Part shown: one piece after another, positions 1-8,283 of the stretch
Layout of the letters: each line of letters opens with the position of its first letter
Position numbering within the stretch: position 1 is the stretch's first letter
NCBI GenBank assembly: GCA_965199635.1
Contig: CBDASL010000001.1
Span: forward strand, 1,275,422 to 1,339,421
DNA from: Acidobacteriaceae bacterium
Lineage (GTDB): Bacteria; Acidobacteriota; Terriglobia; Terriglobales; Acidobacteriaceae
Direction of reading: 5' to 3'
Length of the DNA: 64,000 bases
Notes under the pieces: generated by a model
The model's input: the letters and a program-made list of their open reading frames with translations, nothing else
Databases searched by the model: none
What the model was told of the DNA's origin: nothing
Translations under genes and position numbers: made by a program

Positions 1-773
1 TCGAGGGTGCAGTCGGCGCATCGAGGATTGCGAGCAATGCACACCTGGCGCCCATGGTGGATGATGCGGTGGCTGAAGTCGATCCACTGGTCCTGAGGGA
101 TGACCTTCTGGAGGTCCTGCTCCACCTTCTCCGGGGTAGTGCTGGTCGTGAGCTCGAGACGGCGCGAGATGCGATAGACGTGAGTGTCGACGACGACGCC
201 TGAGGGGATGGCGAACCAGCTGCCGAGGACGACGTTGGCGGTCTTGCGGGCGACGCCCGGGAGCTGGAGTAGGTCATCCATGGTTGTGGGAATCTCACCC
301 CCGAAGTGTTCGACGACGGCCTGCGCGGCACCGCGGATGCTCTTGGCCTTGTTGCGATAGAACCCGGTGGTGCGGACCAACTCCTCGAGCTCGGGCAGGG
401 AGGCGGTGGCCATAAGCTGAGGGGTCGGGAAGGCGCGGAAGAGATGAGGGGTGACCAGGTTGACGCGGGCGTCGGTGCACTGGGCGGAGAGGATGGTCGC
501 GACGGTGAGCTCCCAGGCGGAGGTGTGGTTAAGGGCGCAGACGGCATCGGGGTAGGACTTGGCGAGCGCGTCGAGGATAGCGGCGATGCGCTCGGGGGCG
601 AGCGGCTTCTTGGTGCGGCCGGGACGCTTCCTTGGGGAAGTGGGTTCGGTGGCGGCGATGGCTCGGGCTTTGCGGCCGGTCGGGGTGGAGGTGATCTTGC
701 GGACGGGCTTGCCCTGACTGGCTGCAGCTGTACGGGCGGGTTTGGCGGAGGGAGATGCGGCTTTTGGCGGCAT
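1..773 (-). CDS. nth: endonuclease III (Nth); C-terminus cut off by the window edge; Lys/Ala/Pro-rich N-terminal tail
   Basis: Hand translation of the minus strand from ATG at 771-773: MPPKAASPSAKPARTAAAS... It contains the HhH motif LLQLPGVARKTANVV and ends ...RIIHHGRQVCIARNPRCADCTL, which is the CX6CX2C part of the [4Fe-4S] loop. It is absent from the ORF track because no stop codon lies inside the window. Confidence 0.85.
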   Translation of the reverse strand, partial: MPPKAASPSAKPARTAAASQGKPVRKITSTPTGRKARAIAATEPTSPRKRPGRTKKPLAPERIAAILDALAKSYPDAVCALNHTSAWELTVATILSAQCTDARVNLVTPHLFRAFPTPQLMATASLPELEELVRTTGFYRNKAKSIRGAAQAVVEHFGGEIPTTMDDLLQLPGVARKTANVVLGSWFAIPSGVVVDTHVYRISRRLELTTSTTPEKVEQDLQKVIPQDQWIDFSHRIIHHGRQVCIARNPRCADCTL

Positions 774-924
774 AGGGAGAGAGTACCGGAGAGGTGGTTC
801 TCCAAATGGAGACACTACTCACCCTCTCAAAGACCGTAGCGATATCTGTTCCTGAGTCTGGAAGATACTCTGAAGGGAGCCGGTCACCGTGGCAGTCTGG
901 CCGCTTTCTCTGCATCTGGCCGGG

Positions 925-2286
925 CTAGGGAAGAATCGAGTTGATGTCGATCGCCTGCGACTTGACTCGATAGCCGGCGCCGTCCGGGTGATAGTTGTCG
1001 CCCGAGTTGAGGGTAGGAATCAGGAAGTCCGGGTGGTCAGGATCCGCAAGGGCGGCTTCGAAATCCGCAACGCCTACAACTCCCGGCAGGCCGCGGCCGG
1101 TAGTGCGGATCCATGTGTTGACCAGAGTCCGCTGCACGTTCTCCGGATTCTGTGGACCAGGATTTCTGTCGCCGGCAAATGGGTCTGCGTTGTCCGCCGG
1201 GTTAGGACCGTAGTTTGGGCTGGCTGCGTTCGTGCAGTATGAGGCGGGAGCGATGGTGCCGAGAATGACGCGTACGCCCGCGGCGTGGGCCTGAGCCACC
1301 ATATCTTGCAGCGAGGCTTCCACCTCAGTGGCATCCCCGCATGCCTTAAGGCGAAGATCGACCTGGCCGAGATCGATAACGACTGTCTTGATACCGGGCT
1401 GGTGCAGCACATCGCGACCGATCCGATCAACCCCTGGCGATCCCGAGGCCGAGCCGCTGGAGGGCCCGGCGTAGTCACCCAGGATGCCGGCGTTGAGAAC
1501 GCCCAAGTGGAAGCCTGCGGCGTTCAGCGTGCGGGCGAGAGCGTCGGAGATGCGAGCGTTGTCCTGTCCCGGCACCGCCAGTTGAGGGACGGGGTAGGCA
1601 TTGGAATCGCCGAGGTTCGAAGCGTGCCCATCGATGGTGGAGCTACCGAGAATCGCTACGGTCCCTTGGTACTGGCCGTAGACGTCCACGCCACTGAGCA
1701 GGAACCACTCTGTATTCGGCTGAGTGAGGGAGGCGCCTGCGGCGTCGGCGGTGGTGTTGCCGGCGTTCACAGGTGAGGCGTAGTTCGTGATCACCTGTGA
1801 GTCGTGCTGGGTAAGTGGCGCGAATGTGCCCTGGACATACGCGGTAACGGCCAGCTTCTGCCCAAACGTGTAGGTGAGAGGGACGGGATCGGACATGATC
1901 TCCGTTCCTGGTGCGATGTTGATGGAGCTTGCGCCGCCGAAGGTGAGGGCGACATCATTCTCCGGATCGACGGCTGGCGGAACCGTGGCGATGCCAAGAT
2001 GCGCGGCGCCGATCGTTATCGGCGATGTACCGAAGTAGTTGGAGAAGCGGACACGCTCGGTCGTCCCTGAAACAGTGGGATAGAAGAAGGATCGAAAGGT
2101 CTGCTCAGCTCCGCCCGGGTTCGATGTGGTTGCCGCCGCGTTCTCCGGCGAAGCACCCCAAGCCACGGCCCACACGTCACTGTTTGCTGGAGTCGTCGTG
2201 GGTGTCGGGTGGACTGTTGAAGAGCAGCTTGTGAGGCCGGCGAGAGTGAGCGAGAGCGCGAAGAAGCGCGTGACTTTGGGGAGCAT
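925..2286 (-). CDS. SGNH/GDSL-type hydrolase family lipoprotein
   Basis: Lipoprotein signal LSLTLAGLTSCSS. Block-I-like ILGSSTIDGHAS and C-terminal block-V-like GDNYHPDGAGY (D-x-x-H). Confidence 0.6.
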   Translation of the reverse strand: MLPKVTRFFALSLTLAGLTSCSSTVHPTPTTTPANSDVWAVAWGASPENAAATTSNPGGAEQTFRSFFYPTVSGTTERVRFSNYFGTSPITIGAAHLGIATVPPAVDPENDVALTFGGASSINIAPGTEIMSDPVPLTYTFGQKLAVTAYVQGTFAPLTQHDSQVITNYASPVNAGNTTADAAGASLTQPNTEWFLLSGVDVYGQYQGTVAILGSSTIDGHASNLGDSNAYPVPQLAVPGQDNARISDALARTLNAAGFHLGVLNAGILGDYAGPSSGSASGSPGVDRIGRDVLHQPGIKTVVIDLGQVDLRLKACGDATEVEASLQDMVAQAHAAGVRVILGTIAPASYCTNAASPNYGPNPADNADPFAGDRNPGPQNPENVQRTLVNTWIRTTGRGLPGVVGVADFEAALADPDHPDFLIPTLNSGDNYHPDGAGYRVKSQAIDINSILP

Positions 2287-2367
2287 AAGGGGAGGTATGC
2301 CTGACCGCTAAGGATTCGGAACTCGGCGCCAGCGAGCGCGGACGCTTGTTATGTGTTGACCGCCCTC

Positions 2368-3270
2368 TCAGCCGAGGCGCTCGAGCATCTCGGCAGGAGG
2401 GAGGCGGACGCAGGAGAAAATGGGCGTGTCCTGGAGAGTGTAGAGGGAGATCTCGGTTTCGCGGAGTTGCTGAACGAGGTCGAGGAAGTCTTCGGGAAAG
2501 TTGGTCTCGAAGGCGACGACAAACTCCTGGTCGTCGATGCCAAAGGAGTAGGTGGTATTGAGCTTGACGCGGGGGTAGAGCAGGCCGATGCGGATGTGCT
2601 CGTCCATCAGGCGCTTGCGTTCCTGCGCGGAGAGCAGGTACCAGGGGCGGGTCTTCCAGAAGGGGTAGATAAAGATGTACTTCTGGCCGCCAGGACGTAT
2701 GGCGCCGCGGCCTTCCCCTTCGCTCTCATCATCGCGATCGATCTGGTACTGCGAGCGCTTGGTCATGGCGAGGAAGTTGTGGGGCGTGCTGAGGTAGCCG
2801 CCAAGCGCGGTACGCATGAGCTCGGAGCGCATGCGGTTGAGCTCTTCCACGGCGTAGCCGATGGACCAGACACACATGTCAACATCACCGCGGGTGCCGA
2901 TGGTCGAGTAGGTGAGGGAGAGAAATTCGCCGGGCTTGTTCCAGCGGGTGAGGACCTCGGCGAACTCGGCGCGGTGGGCAGCCTTCTGCTCGGCGGGGAG
3001 GCGGCGCCACTCGGGCATGACCTTGTAGAACGAGAAGCAGACGATCTGGCGCTTGACGGCGGGCTTGGAGGGGTCGGGCCGGCCGTAGGCACCCTGGGGG
3101 CGAGCGACGTTGTCGGTTTCGGGTCGGGTGGCAACGGCGGTGGCGGTGCTGCTGGCGCTGCTTTGGGCCGTGGTGCCAGCCGAGGCTCCCGGAACGACAG
3201 CGGCCGAGGCAGTTGTGCCAGCGGCGGCTTCTTCGCAAACCTTCTGTTCCAGTGTGGTGGTGTCGGCCAT
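2368..3270 (-). CDS. hemQ: chlorite dismutase family protein / coproheme decarboxylase (HemQ-like) with Ala/Thr/Ser-rich N-terminal extension
   Basis: FSFYKVMPEWRRLPAEQK..., WNKPGEFLSLTYSTIGTRGDVDMCVW and FIYPFWKTRPWYLLS are typical of the Cld/HemQ fold. Confidence 0.7.
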   Translation of the reverse strand: MADTTTLEQKVCEEAAAGTTASAAVVPGASAGTTAQSSASSTATAVATRPETDNVARPQGAYGRPDPSKPAVKRQIVCFSFYKVMPEWRRLPAEQKAAHRAEFAEVLTRWNKPGEFLSLTYSTIGTRGDVDMCVWSIGYAVEELNRMRSELMRTALGGYLSTPHNFLAMTKRSQYQIDRDDESEGEGRGAIRPGGQKYIFIYPFWKTRPWYLLSAQERKRLMDEHIRIGLLYPRVKLNTTYSFGIDDQEFVVAFETNFPEDFLDLVQQLRETEISLYTLQDTPIFSCVRLPPAEMLERLG

Positions 3271-3376
3271 GGTGAGTCTCCTTCAGGTTCTTTGCGGGGC
3301 TTGTCCGTGATGCTGTCTAGTAAATGCTAGCAGGAGCGCTGGTTCCGTCAGAACAGGTGGGTATACTCGGGGGGCG

Positions 3377-4018
3377 ATGACCGAGCATATTGTTGCAGCC
3401 CTTGCAGGATTTATTACCAGCTTTATTCAGGCCACACATTACCTGGGCGTGGCGCTCTTGATGGCCATTGAGTCGGCATGTATCCCGCTGCCGTCTGAGA
3501 TCATCATGCCGTTTGGCGGCTATGTGCTGGGATCCGACATGGGCAAGCTGTTGCTGGTGGCAACGGCCGGGGCGATCGGGTGCAATCTGGGCTCGATTCC
3601 GCCCTACATCGTGGGAGCGATCGGCGGCCGGCCGGCGGTGGAGCGGTTTGGCCGGTACATCCTCCTGAACATGCATGATCTGGATCGGGCGGAGCGGTTC
3701 TTTGCAAAGTATGGCGGCGTGACTGTGCTGATCGGGCGGCTGCTGCCGGTGGTGCGGACCTTTATTGCGCTGCCCGCCGGCATCGCGAAGATGTCGCAGG
3801 TGCGCTTCCACATCTACACCTTTGTCGGCTCGTGGCCCTGGTGCTTTGTGCTGGCCTATGTAGGGATGAAGCTGGGTGCGCGGTGGGACTCGGATCCGCG
3901 CTTCAAGGAGATCTTTCACCGATTCCACCTTGGGGTGGAGTTGGTGCTGCTTGCCGGTATCGTGTGGTTTGTGTGGACGCACTGGAAGAACCGGGCCGGG
4001 GCAGAGCGCGCAGCCTAG
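3377..4018 (+). CDS. DedA family inner-membrane protein
   Basis: LLMAIESACIPLPSEIIMPFGGY and RLLPVVRTFIALPAGIAKM are the DedA/SNARE-associated signature regions. Multiple TM segments. Confidence 0.8.
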   Translation: MTEHIVAALAGFITSFIQATHYLGVALLMAIESACIPLPSEIIMPFGGYVLGSDMGKLLLVATAGAIGCNLGSIPPYIVGAIGGRPAVERFGRYILLNMHDLDRAERFFAKYGGVTVLIGRLLPVVRTFIALPAGIAKMSQVRFHIYTFVGSWPWCFVLAYVGMKLGARWDSDPRFKEIFHRFHLGVELVLLAGIVWFVWTHWKNRAGAERAA

Positions 4019-4067
4019 CTTTGCGTCGCGCGCAGGAGCTGTCGCTCGGCCGTTGGCAGGTACAGGG

Positions 4068-4685
4068 CTAGAGGGCTTCTGAGTTGAAGCTGTCGGCGGC
4101 GGCACGGATGACGGGCCAGAGCAAGCGGCAGCCGGTTTCGGAGTTGGAGACGGGTAGTATCTCGGTCACGCCGTGCGCCTTGCGCAGCTCTGCCAGGGAC
4201 TTGCCCAGGGTGTTGTTGGACAGGCGGTCGGATTTTGTGGCAACCACAATAAACGGGCGTCCGATCTCCTTCAGGTAGGAGATTAGCTGGTTGTCGTTAG
4301 GCCGGGGAGGGATGTTGGAATCCACCAGGCAAACGCAGAGTGCAAGTTGGGCGCGTTCAGCCAGGTATGGCTCGATGAACTTCGGCCACTCAGCGGAGAT
4401 GGAGCGGGAGATCTTGGCGTAGCCGTAGCCTGGGAGGTCGGCGAAGATCATCGCCGGTCTGACCTGCGCTCCCTCATGCAGAGCGAAGAAGTTAATGGCC
4501 CGCGTGCGCCCCGGGGTGGAGGACGTGTGCGCTTGCTTGGAGCCGAGGAGAGCGTTGATCAGGGAGGATTTTCCCACATTCGATCGGCCCAGAAAGGCGA
4601 TCTCCGGAGCATTTGCCGTGAGGACCTCCGTGGGGAAGAGGGCCGGGTCTGTGACGGATCGGAGAAAGCGCGGTGTAAGTCTCAC
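4068..4685 (-). CDS. engB: ribosome-biogenesis GTPase EngB/YsxC/YihA
   Basis: P-loop GRSNVGKSSLINALLG, DLPGYGYA (G3) and ATKSDR (G4). GTG start. Confidence 0.85.
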   Translation of the reverse strand: MRLTPRFLRSVTDPALFPTEVLTANAPEIAFLGRSNVGKSSLINALLGSKQAHTSSTPGRTRAINFFALHEGAQVRPAMIFADLPGYGYAKISRSISAEWPKFIEPYLAERAQLALCVCLVDSNIPPRPNDNQLISYLKEIGRPFIVVATKSDRLSNNTLGKSLAELRKAHGVTEILPVSNSETGCRLLWPVIRAAADSFNSEAL

Positions 4686-4752
4686 CAGACCAGTGTATGG
4701 AGACGGCGCCGCTCTGTGGCGACGCCGTCGATAAGAGGAGAGCTGTCAGGGC

Positions 4753-5601
4753 CTAACGGACGCGGATCTCGGAGGTTGTACGGAAGACAACCACCGTCTC
4801 CGCCGGGAGGACGACGTCGCGGTTTCCGGTGTAGGCACCGGCTGCCGTGCCTGCACCGGCACCGGCGAGACCACCGATGAGTGCACCCTTGCCGCCGCCC
4901 GCCAGACCGCCGATAAGGGCACCGAGTCCACCGCCGCCACCGATGAAGCCGGCCGTGCGCTTGCCGCGGCCCTTTTCGTCCTTCTCGTATTCGGTGGTGC
5001 TGACGTCGTGTCCGTCGACCGATGTGATCTGGATGCCGAGCCCGCCAGCTCCCTTGAAACGACCCTTGCCCTTGGCTGCAACCACTGTGCCCCGCACGTC
5101 GGCGCCGCGCGGGAAGACGGTCCTGCCAGAGGTGGTGATGACGGGGCGCGCCAGACTTCCGGTGAAGGAGTCACCGGCGTTGTTGTGGCTCGCGCTCAGC
5201 GTCTGTGAGAGGCTGACCTCGAGCCGGGTGCCAGTGGGTACTACAAGGCTGGAGCGTACAGGGGCTAGGTCCGCGGTTTGGGTCCGCGCGGGACTCGAGT
5301 CCGGAGCGGCCTGGGCCTGCTGCACGGGGGCCTCTGCAAGAGCGGTGGCGGCCGGGGCGGGCTGGCTGGCAGGGTAGGTCACCGAGCCATCTGCATTCTT
5401 CACAACGCCTGGCGTGCTGGGCTGGGCGGCGAGCTGGGCCTGCTGCGAGTTTGCCGGATAGGTCACACTGCCGTCCGGGTTGGTGATGGATCCGTCCGCG
5501 TTGCGGATCGCAACGGCTGCAGGCTTGCTCTTGCAGCCGGACAAGAGGAGAGCGACTCCGAGGGCTAGGGTTCCGAACCTGCTGCGGACGCTGTGGGTCA
5601 T
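4753..5601 (-). CDS. lipoprotein with short NADGS(I/V)T-x-P repeats and a C-terminal glycine-zipper segment
   Basis: The internal Met at 5601 gives MTHSVRSRFGTLALGVALLLSGCKS (lipobox). C-terminus reads GGGGGLGALIGGLAGGGKGALIGGLAGAGAGTAAGA. The ORF-track start at 5658 lies upstream of the signal peptide. Confidence 0.6.
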   Translation of the reverse strand: MTHSVRSRFGTLALGVALLLSGCKSKPAAVAIRNADGSITNPDGSVTYPANSQQAQLAAQPSTPGVVKNADGSVTYPASQPAPAATALAEAPVQQAQAAPDSSPARTQTADLAPVRSSLVVPTGTRLEVSLSQTLSASHNNAGDSFTGSLARPVITTSGRTVFPRGADVRGTVVAAKGKGRFKGAGGLGIQITSVDGHDVSTTEYEKDEKGRGKRTAGFIGGGGGLGALIGGLAGGGKGALIGGLAGAGAGTAAGAYTGNRDVVLPAETVVVFRTTSEIRVR

Positions 5602-5993
5602 GGCGTGCCTTGCTTTCTGTGAAGAAGATGGAAACATCGCCGATTCTATGCGCAGCAAGAGCGACCGTGCGCGGCGATGTCACCTCGCACAGATCAGATG
5701 GATGATGGGTATAGGCCGTTGTCCCTCCCCATACATGAAGGAACGCAAAGGTAATGGGCGAGGCTGGCGAGGACAGCCGGCTTCGGTCTGCGACCACACT
5801 GGCGCGGACCGAAATTGTTCGCCGAATTTTCTTCCCATAACCATGAGCGGGCCCTATGCTCACCAGTGATGTGAGTAGGCCCGGTTTTGCTGCGGCCTGC
5901 TGAGTCGCACGTGCAGGATCGGGCTGTGAGATGGAACGCGACTCGCGGTCTGGGTGCTTTGGACAACTGTTCTAAGTTTTTTGGAGGCAACAC

Positions 5994-8111
5994 ATGGTAA
6001 CGATGAAATCTGCTGGATCACCGGTCCGCGCCTTGCTGGCTGCGTTGGCGACCAGTTCGCTCTTTCTGGCTGGCTGCTCCAGTTCAATGGCTCCCCTGGA
6101 GAGTGTCGGTGGTGGCGCTGGTCATGCATCCGCGCAGATCTCCGGCAAGATTCACGGAGGAAACCAGCCGGTTGCTGGAGCGACGGTGACCCTGTACCGC
6201 GCGTCTCAGGTTTCCTTTGCCAGCGGCGCGATTGCGGTGGCCCACACCACCTCCGCAGCAGACGGGTTTGGCTCGTTTGCCTTCCAGTCGAGTCCTTCAT
6301 CCACCAACAGCAACGCCGACAACACCTACAACTGCGATCAGCCCGCCAACACCACGCTGTCCTCCCCCTTTCTGTTCCTTGTCGCGCGGGGTGGTACCAC
6401 GGTGAACACGCCTGGAGCCTTGCCTAACCCTGACTCTGTCTTCATCGCTCCTTTGGGTCGATGCAACGCAGTAAATGCCAGCACATTCGTGAACATGTCG
6501 GAGGTGGTCACCGTCGCGACAATGGCAGCGTTGCACCAATTCATGACACCCCCGGCTTCCGGTCAAGGGATTGAGAACTCAGTTGGGGCGGACGGCATCT
6601 TCGCCTCCGATCTTGCGCTGGGCAACGCCCTCTATAGCGTGTCGAACATGGTAAGCCTGACCGATGGAACCGCTAACGCCCCCTTCGTGAAACAGGCAGC
6701 TGGTGTGAATCTGACGGTGACGCCGGAGTTGGCAAAGATCAACCAACTGGCGAACGCGCTTTCTGCATGCATCAACTACTCGGGCAGTGGCAACCCGAAC
6801 TGCGCCACCCTCTACAATAGCGCTCCCCCGCCGTCCGACACCGCTTCAACCAGTGTGGGTGGAACCATGAACGCGGCTCAAGATCCCTTGACGGCGCTGT
6901 ACTACATCTTCGCGAACCCAACGAACTCGGTGACGCTGGGAGGGGACGGCACAACGAATCGGACTGCGCTGTTCAACCTTTCGACCGGGACCGGGGCGCC
7001 CTACCAGCCCACCATGGCCGCTGTTCCCACGGACTGGTCGATTGGTCTCTCCTTCAAGTCGACCAGCACCTGCTCGGACATTCCATCCTCCACGGCTGGC
7101 TTCCTGAGTAACCCCTCCAACATCTCCATCGATCTATACGGAAACGTCTTCTTCAGCAACCTCCAGCCTGGTTCAGCAAGCCTCGGCAGCCTGGACGGGA
7201 CCGGGACACCAACTGGCTGCACCACGCTGGCAGCGACCGGCGGGCAGACGGCGGGGGGTAGCATGGCCACAACCGTGGACAGCAATGGAGTGGTGTATGC
7301 CGGTGTGTTGGGAACAACAGACGGCTACACATTCACGCCAAGCCCGACAGCACCGACCTCCGCGCATTTCACGGCGCCAGCTCCAATTCTCGGGCTCGCG
7401 GCGGATGGATCTAGCAATGGATCTAGCAACATTTTCATCTCAACGGCAGACGGAAGATTGTTCAAAACAGTCCCGGGATCGTTCGCATCGACTCAGATCA
7501 GTGCTGCGCTGGATAACGGCGGTGGAGCAACTAGCCTGATTGTGGATCCGCTTGGAAGAATTTGGGCTAGTGGATCTGCTGCAGGCACCGCCAACAAGGG
7601 CACTGTGACCTACCCCGATGGCAATTCCTCGACCGGTTACACTACGGTTGCCGTGAACTCCCTCTTCCCGGGAGCCATGACTGCACTGACGGTCGGCCGA
7701 GACAGTGGCACAAGAACGACCCTCTACGGCACAAATGGTACGAACGTGCTCTATGCAGCCTATGGCGATGCGGCAGGTGCGCCACTCATCCAGTCTGCCT
7801 TCTACTTTGCAGGTAGAGGCATAGCAGCAGCCAAGGCCTTGGCCGTCGACGGGGCGGAGAACCTGTGGGTAGCCAACGCAACTGGGTCGATCGTGGGGCT
7901 GAACCGGAATGGCACTCCTTTCGCGCCGAATGGCTTCGTCAAGGATCCCAGCTATTTCGGTAACGAAACGGCTATCTCGATCGACACCGCAGGGAACATC
8001 TGGGTAGCGGCCGGGCCGAACACGATCACCGAAGTTGTTGGTGCAGCAGTCCCAGTGATGAAGTCGTACGCGTCTGCTCTGAGTACGGGTCGCTTCCAGC
8101 GGATCCCGTAG
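5994..8111 (+). CDS. large lipoprotein: N-terminal carboxypeptidase-regulatory-like beta-sandwich plus beta-propeller (NHL/SMP-30-like) repeats
   Basis: Lipobox SLFLAGCSS. ISGKIHGGNQPVAGATVTLY. Recurring D-x-x-G-N-(I/V/L)-(W/F/Y) blades (IDLYGNVFFSN, VDSNGVVYAG, VDPLGRIWASG, VDGAENLWVAN, IDTAGNIWVAA). Confidence 0.55.
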   Translation: MVTMKSAGSPVRALLAALATSSLFLAGCSSSMAPLESVGGGAGHASAQISGKIHGGNQPVAGATVTLYRASQVSFASGAIAVAHTTSAADGFGSFAFQSSPSSTNSNADNTYNCDQPANTTLSSPFLFLVARGGTTVNTPGALPNPDSVFIAPLGRCNAVNASTFVNMSEVVTVATMAALHQFMTPPASGQGIENSVGADGIFASDLALGNALYSVSNMVSLTDGTANAPFVKQAAGVNLTVTPELAKINQLANALSACINYSGSGNPNCATLYNSAPPPSDTASTSVGGTMNAAQDPLTALYYIFANPTNSVTLGGDGTTNRTALFNLSTGTGAPYQPTMAAVPTDWSIGLSFKSTSTCSDIPSSTAGFLSNPSNISIDLYGNVFFSNLQPGSASLGSLDGTGTPTGCTTLAATGGQTAGGSMATTVDSNGVVYAGVLGTTDGYTFTPSPTAPTSAHFTAPAPILGLAADGSSNGSSNIFISTADGRLFKTVPGSFASTQISAALDNGGGATSLIVDPLGRIWASGSAAGTANKGTVTYPDGNSSTGYTTVAVNSLFPGAMTALTVGRDSGTRTTLYGTNGTNVLYAAYGDAAGAPLIQSAFYFAGRGIAAAKALAVDGAENLWVANATGSIVGLNRNGTPFAPNGFVKDPSYFGNETAISIDTAGNIWVAAGPNTITEVVGAAVPVMKSYASALSTGRFQRIP

Positions 8112-8132
8112 TGCTTCTTTCTTCCTAAACAA

Positions 8133-8157
8133 AGAGGACCCGGTCTCCGGGTCCTCT
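8133..8157 (+). terminator. intrinsic-terminator-like hairpin after the 705-aa lipoprotein gene
   Basis: agaggacccgg-tct-ccgggtcctct is a perfect 11-bp stem. The downstream T-tract is weak (tcctcatt). Confidence 0.55.
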
Positions 8158-8283
8158 TCCTCATTGCGCAACAGCTATCCAGGTACAACGTAACTTTAGT
8201 GCGCGTGTCCCACGGATGGTGGAGAGAAAGCATCCGTTCTCCCTGCTAGCCTGCCTTCGGCCCAGCCAGGGCCGGGACTAGCC

